From the NCBI GenBank assembly GCA_965246885.1, contig OZ251992.1, forward strand, positions 3,200,001 through 3,264,000: DNA of 64,000 nucleotides. Reading direction: 5' to 3'. The translations under genes were made by a program, and so were the position numbers. Below the pieces are notes generated by a model that saw nothing but the letters and a program-made list of their open reading frames with translations, did no database searches and was not told the DNA's origin. Position 1 is the stretch's first letter. Every line of letters starts with the position of its first letter. This stretch comes from Abditibacterium sp. Lineage in GTDB: Bacteria; Armatimonadota; Abditibacteriia; Abditibacteriales; Abditibacteriaceae. Shown here in pieces: positions 29,538 through 37,559 of this stretch.

Positions 29538-31061
29538 ATGGCAAAAGCGGTAGGCATCGACCTTGGCACAACTTACACAGCCGTCTCCATCGTGGACGAA
29601 TACGGCAAACCCACCATCCTCAAAAACGCGGATGGGCAGGTCACAACTCCTTCGGTTGTGTTCTTCGACCCGCCCAACTACACCGTTGGCGAAACGGCGC
29701 TTCAATCCACCATCACGGACTCCGACCGCGTGGTGCAATTCATCAAACGCTTCATGGGGCAGTCGGGCTACCGCGTCCACATAGACGGCAAAGAGTATTC
29801 GCCCGAATTCGTGTCGGCGCTCATCCTTCGCAAAGTCGTCAAAGACGCCGAAATGGAATTGGGCGAGGACATAGACTCCGCCGTCATCACCGTCCCCGCC
29901 TACTTCACCGAGCAGCAACGTCACGCGACCCTCGAAGCCGGGGAGTTGGCGGGCCTCAAGGTGCTGCGCATCATTTCCGAGCCAACGGCGGCGGCGCTTT
30001 CGTATGGCATCCAGCGCCGCGCCAACAACAAGAAAATCCTCGTCTACGACCTTGGCGGCGGCACCTTCGACGTGACGGTTCTCGAATGTAACGAGAACGA
30101 TTTCAACGTCTTGTCGGTCGGCGGCGACCACCGCTTGGGCGGCAAGGACTTCGACGACCGTATCGTGGGCTTTGTCGAAGACCAAATCAAAGCCAACTAC
30201 GGCGCCGACATTTCGGGCGACGTCGAATTAGCGGCGGAACTGCGCCTTAAATCCGAAGCCGCCAAGCGCCAACTCACCGGACGCCAAAGCGTGCCCGTGC
30301 AACTCAAAGTCCCCGACCAGAACAATCCGGGCCGCGCCATGCCGGTCAAAATCGAAATCTCCCGCGAAGCCTTCGAGGAAGCGACCTCTGACCTGATGGC
30401 CCGCACCGAGATGCTGCTCGAGTCCGTCCTCGCCAAAGCCGACTTGGAATGGAGCGACATAGACGAACTGCTCTGCGTTGGCGGCTCGTCGCGCATGCCG
30501 ATGGTTTCGGCCATGCTCTCCCGCTTATCGGACAAGAAGCCGCTCCTTCACGACCCCGACGAGTGCGTCGCCAAGGGAGCCGCCCTGCAAGCGGCCATCC
30601 TCGTGGGCGACGAGGGCACGCGCCCCGAAATCACGGTCGGGCACGTTCTGTCCCACTCGCTTGGCGTCGCGGTAATCTCCAACGGCAAGCCCGTCATTGA
30701 CCACATCATGCCCAGCCTGACCCGCCTGCCCGCCACCGAGCGGCGCGAGGGTTACACCACCACCACCGACAACCAAAGCGTGGTGCAAATCCGCATCTAC
30801 GAGGGCGAGTCGAGCGACCCCGCTTCCTATGGAAAAGGCCCCATCGGGGTCTTCAACCTTGACACCACCCCGACGCGCCCCAAAGGGCAACCCAAGCTCG
30901 CTGTCGAGTTCCGGTGCGACGAGGATGGCCGCATCACCGCCCTCGCCAAGGACTCCGACACCGGCAAAGAGAACTACCTCACCATCTCCCTCGCCGGACA
31001 GCGCACCGAGTTCGAGATCTCCGACGAATCCCAACTCATGAGCGAAGCCACCGTTTCCTGA
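29538..31061 (+). CDS. Hsp70-family protein (short DnaK paralog, about 507 aa)
   Basis: GIDLGTT, TVPAYF, EPTAAA, DLGGGTFD, LGGKDFD, VGGSSRMP; no C-terminal helical lid. Confidence 0.93.
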   Translation: MAKAVGIDLGTTYTAVSIVDEYGKPTILKNADGQVTTPSVVFFDPPNYTVGETALQSTITDSDRVVQFIKRFMGQSGYRVHIDGKEYSPEFVSALILRKVVKDAEMELGEDIDSAVITVPAYFTEQQRHATLEAGELAGLKVLRIISEPTAAALSYGIQRRANNKKILVYDLGGGTFDVTVLECNENDFNVLSVGGDHRLGGKDFDDRIVGFVEDQIKANYGADISGDVELAAELRLKSEAAKRQLTGRQSVPVQLKVPDQNNPGRAMPVKIEISREAFEEATSDLMARTEMLLESVLAKADLEWSDIDELLCVGGSSRMPMVSAMLSRLSDKKPLLHDPDECVAKGAALQAAILVGDEGTRPEITVGHVLSHSLGVAVISNGKPVIDHIMPSLTRLPATERREGYTTTTDNQSVVQIRIYEGESSDPASYGKGPIGVFNLDTTPTRPKGQPKLAVEFRCDEDGRITALAKDSDTGKENYLTISLAGQRTEFEISDESQLMSEATVS

Positions 31062-31078
31062 GCGAGCGTTACACTCCA

Positions 31079-31101
31079 GCCCCGCGCGGCACGCGCGGGG
31101 C
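31079..31101. terminator. GC hairpin between convergent genes
   Basis: CCCCGCGCG-GCA-CGCGCGGGG; no clear T tract. Confidence 0.45.
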
Positions 31102-31117
31102 CTTCAGGTGTCTCTGG

Positions 31118-32173
31118 CTACTTCACCCGCCACAAATACAGCGCGTTGTCGTCGCCACACCCTGCCAGCGTTGTTCCATCGGGCGAAAAGGCCACGCTTG
31201 CGGCCTGCGTCCCCGCCATTTGAAGCAGGCGCAACAGCTTCCCCGTATGCGCGTCGCGCAACGAGATTTGCCCGTCGCCCCGCGCGCCCGCGAGTAGCAA
31301 TCCATCGGGCGAAAAGGCGTGCGCCCCGACGCCTCTGCTTCCTTCCGTCCACTTCGCCGCGACGGTGCGAGTCTTCAAATCCCACACCGTCACGCGCCCC
31401 GACGGGTTATCGTTTCCCTTGGCATCATACACATCGGCGCTCCACGCCACCGCGAGAAAGCGCGAATCCGGCGAAAACGTGAGCGCCCAGATGTCACATT
31501 GCAGATGGTCGGAAGGAACAATGAGCGGCGGCATACGGCTTTTGCGTTTTGCCCCATCGCGCAGGATAATGGTGCCACTTTGGTCGTCAACGATCCACGC
31601 GGTTGTATGTCCGTCCGGCGCGAACGCCCCGAAACGGTCGAGGTCAGCGTCGGCGTCCTTCTTACCCCGTCCCGATGTCACCTTGCTCACCTTGCCGCTC
31701 CGCACGTTGCGTTGCTCCACCGCAGCGTCCTCCGAGTACGCCACATCGCCGGTTCCCGGCACCGAATGGGCGTAAGCGCCGCCACTACCGTGTTGGGAAG
31801 GAACTGGCGGCGCCGCGTGCCCCGTTGCCAAATCCCAACGATACATGCCTATTTGACTGATGGAAGTCGCGCCGACCAGCGTGCGCGAATCGCCCGAAAA
31901 ACAAATCGAAGTGGCGTACACGTCCTCCCAATGCCGGTGCCCTTCCACGCGCGGCGCTCGGAAGCGCGTCGGCGCCACTGCCCGCCACACGTCCACTCCA
32001 CTCCCGCCCACCGACGCCACATAGCGGCCATCGGGCGAAAACGCCACTTGAAACGGCGAACCGAGAAGCGCCACACGCCGCGCGCGCCACGACGCCACGT
32101 TCGCCAGCCCCACCCCCGCCACGAGCGGAAGTGAGGCCAGCAACGCAACCCCCTTCGATTTAAAACGAGGCAT
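31118..32173 (-). CDS. WD40 repeat protein
   Basis: Repeated AFSPDG and W-D motifs; N-terminal hydrophobic anchor. Confidence 0.88.
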   Translation of the reverse strand: MPRFKSKGVALLASLPLVAGVGLANVASWRARRVALLGSPFQVAFSPDGRYVASVGGSGVDVWRAVAPTRFRAPRVEGHRHWEDVYATSICFSGDSRTLVGATSISQIGMYRWDLATGHAAPPVPSQHGSGGAYAHSVPGTGDVAYSEDAAVEQRNVRSGKVSKVTSGRGKKDADADLDRFGAFAPDGHTTAWIVDDQSGTIILRDGAKRKSRMPPLIVPSDHLQCDIWALTFSPDSRFLAVAWSADVYDAKGNDNPSGRVTVWDLKTRTVAAKWTEGSRGVGAHAFSPDGLLLAGARGDGQISLRDAHTGKLLRLLQMAGTQAASVAFSPDGTTLAGCGDDNALYLWRVK

Positions 32174-32219
32174 GAGAAATCAGGCAGGAAGTCTCCCTCT
32201 TCCAACCCATAGACGCCGC

Positions 32220-32309
32220 AGTTTCGTCATGCTGAGCTTGCGAAGGATCTATGGTCACTGCGCGGGTTCAGGGAGTTGAGATCCTTCGCAAGCTCAGCAT
32301 GACGAAACT
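32220..32309. repeat. Perfect 31-bp inverted repeat (GTCATGCTGAGC...GAAGGATCT type)
   Basis: AGTTTCGTCATGCTGAGCTTGCGAAGGATCT (32220-32250) and its exact reverse complement (32279-32309), 28-nt spacer. Confidence 0.92.
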
Positions 32310-32356
32310 ACTGCTCACCATCACGGCGCCCTCGCCTTTGTCTGCGCCTCCTCCGC

Positions 32357-33601
32357 TCACTTTGCCGCCAATGCCGCTTGGACGGCCTGCTCAATATGGC
32401 CGCGCGGGTTCACCGCCGCAATTCTGCCGTCCTTGCCAACGACTAACAGAAACGGAATCGCTTGGACGCCATATATCTCCGGCACCGCGCTCTGCCAGCC
32501 CCCACCATCGAAGACTTGCGGCCACGTTAGCTTGCGTTCTTTCAGGAACGAGGTCAGCGCCGTCTTATCCTCGTCGAGCGAGATGCCGACCACTTCCAAG
32601 CCCTGCGCGTGGTATTTGGCGTAGGCCGCTTGCAGTTCGGGTAGCCCCGCGACGCACGGGCCGCACCACGTCGCCCAAAAATCAAGCAGCAGCACCTTCC
32701 CCTTGTATTTCGCGGGGCTAATCGTTTGCCCGTCCAATGAGCGAACGGAAAACGGGAAGGGGTTGGCGCCCACATGGAGGCGCGCGTCGAAATTTGGGGG
32801 TTCGGCAACCGGCTTCTTCTCCTGAGCCAACGTCAGCCCGGTCGCATCGAACTTAAACGTCTCGGACGCGAACAGGGGATTGAGTTGCTGCGCGGTCACG
32901 CGCTCCCGGATGGTCGTCACATCCCCGACCGGGCCTGTATGAACCACTTGGACGCGGCGTAGCGTGGCATCACCCCCAAACCACAGCGTGCTTTCGGTTG
33001 AAATAACCGGCTCGCGGCCAATCATCGGGATGTAGCGGTACGTCGTCAGCATCCGCACGCCTGTCAGACTTTCCCCTCCCACGCTCCTTGTGGGAAGGAA
33101 GGAGATCGAATCGGTCAACGTCTCGATGTCCTTGGGCGCTTTGTCTTCGCGGTGGTAGGTGACGAGGTTCACCCCGCGCAGCATGGTGGCCATATAAGAG
33201 GCCGCCCTTCCCAGCGTCCAAAAGCGCAAGAAGTTCTTTTGGTGTTCGGGGTCAGCCGCATACTTCTTGTAGATGGCCGCGTGCTCATAGTAAAAGTTCG
33301 CGCCGTCGCCGACGGAAACTTCTGTCCCCGCGTCGTTCTTCTCTTCCGTGCGGAGCAGATTGGGCCGCACGTAGGAGACGGCAACGCGACTGTTGACGAC
33401 ACCATTTCTGCCGACTTCGACCACAAAGCGGATGCTCTTCGCCGCTTTATAAGTCGCTACCGCCTTATTCAACAGCGCTTGGGCAGCGGGGTCAACGGCG
33501 AGTTGGGGCGCGGCTTTGGGCATAGGCGCCGCGCCGTTTTGGGCCTGCGCCGCGACAGGGGGAAAAACCAACAAGGGCAGTAGAAGCGAGTGGAGTTTCA
33601 T
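32357..33601 (-). CDS. Secreted TlpA/redoxin with N-terminal LolA-like domain
   Basis: Signal peptide; C-terminal DFWATWCGPC, VVGISLD, YGVQAIP. Confidence 0.88.
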   Translation of the reverse strand: MKLHSLLLPLLVFPPVAAQAQNGAAPMPKAAPQLAVDPAAQALLNKAVATYKAAKSIRFVVEVGRNGVVNSRVAVSYVRPNLLRTEEKNDAGTEVSVGDGANFYYEHAAIYKKYAADPEHQKNFLRFWTLGRAASYMATMLRGVNLVTYHREDKAPKDIETLTDSISFLPTRSVGGESLTGVRMLTTYRYIPMIGREPVISTESTLWFGGDATLRRVQVVHTGPVGDVTTIRERVTAQQLNPLFASETFKFDATGLTLAQEKKPVAEPPNFDARLHVGANPFPFSVRSLDGQTISPAKYKGKVLLLDFWATWCGPCVAGLPELQAAYAKYHAQGLEVVGISLDEDKTALTSFLKERKLTWPQVFDGGGWQSAVPEIYGVQAIPFLLVVGKDGRIAAVNPRGHIEQAVQAALAAK

Positions 33602-33644
33602 GGCGAGATTTCTCGGCGTCGGGTTTACACTATTCGCGGATTAG

Positions 33645-33998
33645 TCAACGCCTTGCGGCGCGCAGCTTAGCGGCGAGGGAAGAGAACGCCATTGCGCTCG
33701 AATCGGGGGCGCGTTCGATGCGGGATTGCCACAAGAACTTGCCCGTTGGCGTGGTGAGCGAGGCGCTCCCGGAAAAGCCGCCGCGCGCCGTGCCTTCGCC
33801 TTTGGAGCGTAAGATAGCGTCGGCACCCGTGCGGGAACGGACGAAGCGCAACCCCAAAGCGCGCATTTCCCGGCGCAGATTGGCGTTGAAACCGGCGTCG
33901 CCGCGTCCGCCGCCATCGTAAACGGTGCGCACCTCTTTGACGGACGCGACAGGGCGTCCGCAAGCGAGGCCAGCCGCCAAAAGAAGCGGATATTTCAT
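33645..33998 (-). CDS. Hypothetical secreted protein
   Basis: Signal-like N-terminus; fills the gap between neighbours. Confidence 0.55.
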   Translation of the reverse strand: MKYPLLLAAGLACGRPVASVKEVRTVYDGGGRGDAGFNANLRREMRALGLRFVRSRTGADAILRSKGEGTARGGFSGSASLTTPTGKFLWQSRIERAPDSSAMAFSSLAAKLRAARR

Positions 33999-34001
33999 GC
34001 T

Positions 34002-34019
34002 CTGTCGGACGTCTGACAG
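34002..34019. promoter_or_regulatory. Near-perfect 18-bp palindrome between divergent genes (candidate operator)
   Basis: CTGTCGGAC-GTCTGACAG, one mismatch. Confidence 0.45.
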
Positions 34020-34037
34020 CCTCCGACGTGCCCGCCG

Positions 34038-35015
34038 ATGCCCCTCTACGCCCCAACGCCCGAAAACATCGTACTCGCCGCCCGCCGCTTGGAGGAGGGG
34101 GAGTTAGTCGCGTTTCCAACGGAAACGGTCTACGGCTTGGGCGCCAACGCGCTTGACGCCGAAGCCGTCGCGCGCATCTACGCCGCTAAAGGCAGACCCG
34201 CTTACAACCCGCTCATTGTGCATATCGCGTCCGAGAAAGCCGCCTTGGAGCTTGTGTTTGCGTGGCCCGACATGGCGAAACGGCTCGCGCGGCAGTTCTG
34301 GCCGGGGCCGCTCACTCTCGTTGTCGAGCGCGCGCCCGATGTTCCCGCCATTGTCTCGGCAGGGCTTTCAACCATCGCCCTGCGCGTGCCCGCGCATCCG
34401 GTCGCGCTTGAACTGTTGCGAGCGACCGGCTTTCCCCTTGCGGCTCCTTCGGCGAACCAGAGCGGGCAAGTGTCGCCCTCGCGCGCGGGGCACGTTATTG
34501 ACTCGCTCGGCGAGCAAACGTGGGTGCTCGATGGCGGCGCGTGCGAGGTTGGCATCGAATCAACAGTAGTGGATGTCTCCGGCGGAGGTGCGGCCATTTT
34601 GCGACCCGGAACCATCAGCGCGCGGCAAATCGAGGCCGTCATCGGGCCACTTGCAACCCCCGGCGCGACCGACGGCGACGCGCCGCGACCATCGCCGGGG
34701 ATGTTGGAAAAACACTACGCGCCCCGCGCTAAAGTTCATCTTTATTCCACCTTGATAGACGCCTCCTTTCACGCTGCCCTGCTCGCGTCGGGCCAGCCCA
34801 TCGGCGTGTTGGCGCTTAACCCGACCGAACTCGCGCGCCAGTTCGAGACGCACGAAATCGAAATGCCCGCCGCCCCCGCCGACTACGCCCGCGAACTGTA
34901 TCGGGCGCTACGCGAACTGGACGCGCGCGGTGTCGCCCTGATTTTAGTGGAAGACGTGCCGGTGATGGGGGCATGGGCCGGGGTGCGCGACCGCTTGGCG
35001 CGCGCCGCAAAATAA
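34038..35015 (+). CDS. sua5: L-threonylcarbamoyladenylate synthase (Sua5 type)
   Basis: VAFPTETVYGLGA, KGRP..NPLIVH, FWPGPLT, AAPSAN, GIESTV, SPGMLEKHYAP. Confidence 0.96.
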   Translation: MPLYAPTPENIVLAARRLEEGELVAFPTETVYGLGANALDAEAVARIYAAKGRPAYNPLIVHIASEKAALELVFAWPDMAKRLARQFWPGPLTLVVERAPDVPAIVSAGLSTIALRVPAHPVALELLRATGFPLAAPSANQSGQVSPSRAGHVIDSLGEQTWVLDGGACEVGIESTVVDVSGGGAAILRPGTISARQIEAVIGPLATPGATDGDAPRPSPGMLEKHYAPRAKVHLYSTLIDASFHAALLASGQPIGVLALNPTELARQFETHEIEMPAAPADYARELYRALRELDARGVALILVEDVPVMGAWAGVRDRLARAAK

Positions 35016-35141
35016 GACGTCTGTCACGCGCTGACACACATGCGCCATTCATCGGCGCGCGTGCGCCATTCGTCCGCGCGCGTGCGTCACTCATCCGCAA
35101 ACGTCTGTCATCGCGCGACACACGTCCCAGATTATTCCCGA
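35016..35141 (+). repeat. Degenerate 21-nt tandem array (5-6 units)
   Basis: gacgtctgtcacgcgctgaca / cacatgcgccattcatcggcg / cgcgtgcgccattcgtccgcg / cgcgtgcgtcactcatccgca / aacgtctgtcatcgcgcgaca. Confidence 0.88.
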
Positions 35142-35210
35142 ATCGCACCGCACCCACGCGCCGCCCGATCGTTAGAAAGGAGCGGCGTCCGTTTTGCCGC
35201 CGTGTATTTT

Positions 35211-37511
35211 ATGCCCGATTTGACATCAGCTCCTGACACCACCACTTTAAAACCACTTCCCGACGCCGTAGAAACTATACTTGGCACCGTTGGCATTAAT
35301 GGCGACCGCGTTCTCCAATTACAAACCGACTTAGACGCCAAAGGGCAATACGGCGAACGCTACTTAGTTGCTACCCCCCAAAAGTTAGTTGTTGTCCAAA
35401 ATAACGGCTCCGCGAAGATAGAGCGCGAACTGCCGTTAACCGATATTGCGTCCGTTGAATCAAAAGGGTTGTCGGGCGCTTCCACGCTTGAGATCAGGCT
35501 CAAAACGCAAGGTGGCGAGCAGGCCGTTGAGATCTTGCGCGGGTCGGGTTCCAAGGCGCGCGAACTCAGTCACGTCGCAAGACAGTTAACGCACTTGCGC
35601 GATCACGGCACGCTCCCCGACGAGCGTGAAGACGCCAAATCGAAGCGCCGCGAGTGCCCCAAATGCGGCAGGCCCTTGCCTTGGGATTCCGACGTGTGCG
35701 CCTTTTGCGTTGACAGATTGGGCGCCATCAAGCGCTTGTACGGCTACATGCTGCCCTATAAGTGGCTGGCCGTGCAATCTATGCTGCTCAACGTCGGCTC
35801 CGTTGCGCTGTCGTTCGTGCCCAACTTGGCGACAAAGGCGTTGGTTGACCGCGTTTTTCCGCCTTCGGTGCAACACGGCGCGCAGGCGGCGGCGGTTGCG
35901 GCGGCTAACGGTAGTTCCCGCGTCATTCTGGCCGAGCTTATCGGATTGATCCTGCTGGCGTCGCTCCTGACTTCGATCGGCGCCGTCATGCGGGCGCGCC
36001 TCGCGGCCTTTCTGGGAGCTTACGTCCTCCACGACGTGCGCGCCCAGTTATATACCCACTTGCAGCGCCTCAGCGTTTCGTACTACGACAAACGCGAGGT
36101 GGGCGCCGTCATGAGTCGCGTGCAAAACGACGTCGGCGCTCTCCAAAACTTCCTATTGGACACCGCCGAAAACACGGTTATCTCGACGCTTACCATCATC
36201 TGCGTCGTGACCATCCTCTTTCTCAACTCGCCCATCTTAGCCGTGCTGGTGCTGTTGCCCACGCCGTTCGTGGTTGTTGGCACGCAGCGCTACTGGAAAG
36301 GACTTTTGAAGTTGTGGCGCCGCGTGTGGCACCAGAACTCCAGTTTGGGCGCGGGGCTGGCCGACGCTTTGGGCGGCGTGCGCGTCGTGCGCGCGTTTGG
36401 CGCCGAAGAGCGCGAGGTAGACCGTTTCAGTGGGCGCTCGGCCACGCTGCGTGACGCGACGATGAACGTCGAATCGCGCGCCGCCGCTTTTTATCCTGTG
36501 ATGGGCTTCATCATGGGGCTGGGCTTTCCCATCGTGTGGTTCTTCGGCGGCACACTTGTCTTGGGCGGACAATTATCTTTTGGCACGCTCATCCTCTTTA
36601 TCGGCTTGCTTGGCCGACTGTATGACCCCATCCAACAACTGACGCGCCAAACCAATGCCATTACCCGCTCGATGACCGCCGCTGAGCGTGTCTTCGAGGT
36701 GCTCGACACCGACCCCGAAGTCCAAGAAGCGCGCGCCGCCGTCGCATTGAAGGAAGTGCGCGGCGAAGTCGAGTTCGACCACGTGTCTTTTGGTTATGAG
36801 AAGCACCGCCCTGTCCTGAACGACGTCTCGCTTAAAGTCGAGGCGGGAGAAATGATCGGCTTAGTGGGACATTCGGGCGCGGGCAAGTCCACGCTTATCA
36901 ACTTGCTCTTGCGTTTCTACGACGTGACGGACGGCGCCTTGAAGATAGACGGCATTGACATCCGCGACATCAAGCGCGACGACCTGCGCGCCAACGTCGG
37001 CGTGGTGTTGCAGGAGTCGTATCTGTTTCACGGCTCCATTTACAGCAACATCGCCTATGGGCGCCCCGACGCCAGTCCCGGCGAGGTTATCGAAGCCGCG
37101 CGCGCCGCACACGCCCACGACTTTATCGCCTCGTTCCCCGACGGCTACGATACACTTGTCGGTGAGCGCGGAACGCGCTTGAGCGGCGGTGAGCGGCAAC
37201 GCATTGCCATCGCCCGCGCCATCCTCCACGCCCCCAAAATCCTCATCCTCGACGAAGCGACCGCCAGCGTGGACACCGGAACCGAGCAGTCCATCCAGAA
37301 CGCCCTGCTCAACCTCACGGCGGGCCGGACAACCTTTGCCATCGCGCACCGCTTGTCCACGCTGCGCAACGCCAGCCGCTTGGTGGTCATAGACAACGGC
37401 AAAATCGCCGAAATCGGCACTCACGACGAACTCATGGAACGGCGCGGCGTTTTCTTCAAACTGGTGCAGGCGCAGCAAAGTATGAACGAAATCGTGCACA
37501 TCGCGGGGTGA
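35211..37511 (+). CDS. ABC exporter (fused TMD-NBD) with N-terminal extension and CxxC..CxxC motif
   Basis: GHSGAGKST, LSGGERQR, ILDEAT, IAHRLST; CPKC...CAFC. Confidence 0.93.
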   Translation: MPDLTSAPDTTTLKPLPDAVETILGTVGINGDRVLQLQTDLDAKGQYGERYLVATPQKLVVVQNNGSAKIERELPLTDIASVESKGLSGASTLEIRLKTQGGEQAVEILRGSGSKARELSHVARQLTHLRDHGTLPDEREDAKSKRRECPKCGRPLPWDSDVCAFCVDRLGAIKRLYGYMLPYKWLAVQSMLLNVGSVALSFVPNLATKALVDRVFPPSVQHGAQAAAVAAANGSSRVILAELIGLILLASLLTSIGAVMRARLAAFLGAYVLHDVRAQLYTHLQRLSVSYYDKREVGAVMSRVQNDVGALQNFLLDTAENTVISTLTIICVVTILFLNSPILAVLVLLPTPFVVVGTQRYWKGLLKLWRRVWHQNSSLGAGLADALGGVRVVRAFGAEEREVDRFSGRSATLRDATMNVESRAAAFYPVMGFIMGLGFPIVWFFGGTLVLGGQLSFGTLILFIGLLGRLYDPIQQLTRQTNAITRSMTAAERVFEVLDTDPEVQEARAAVALKEVRGEVEFDHVSFGYEKHRPVLNDVSLKVEAGEMIGLVGHSGAGKSTLINLLLRFYDVTDGALKIDGIDIRDIKRDDLRANVGVVLQESYLFHGSIYSNIAYGRPDASPGEVIEAARAAHAHDFIASFPDGYDTLVGERGTRLSGGERQRIAIARAILHAPKILILDEATASVDTGTEQSIQNALLNLTAGRTTFAIAHRLSTLRNASRLVVIDNGKIAEIGTHDELMERRGVFFKLVQAQQSMNEIVHIAG

Positions 37512-37559
37512 CGGACAAAGGCAGGGAACATTTCTCCTGCCCGCGTTGTCCAACGTCCG

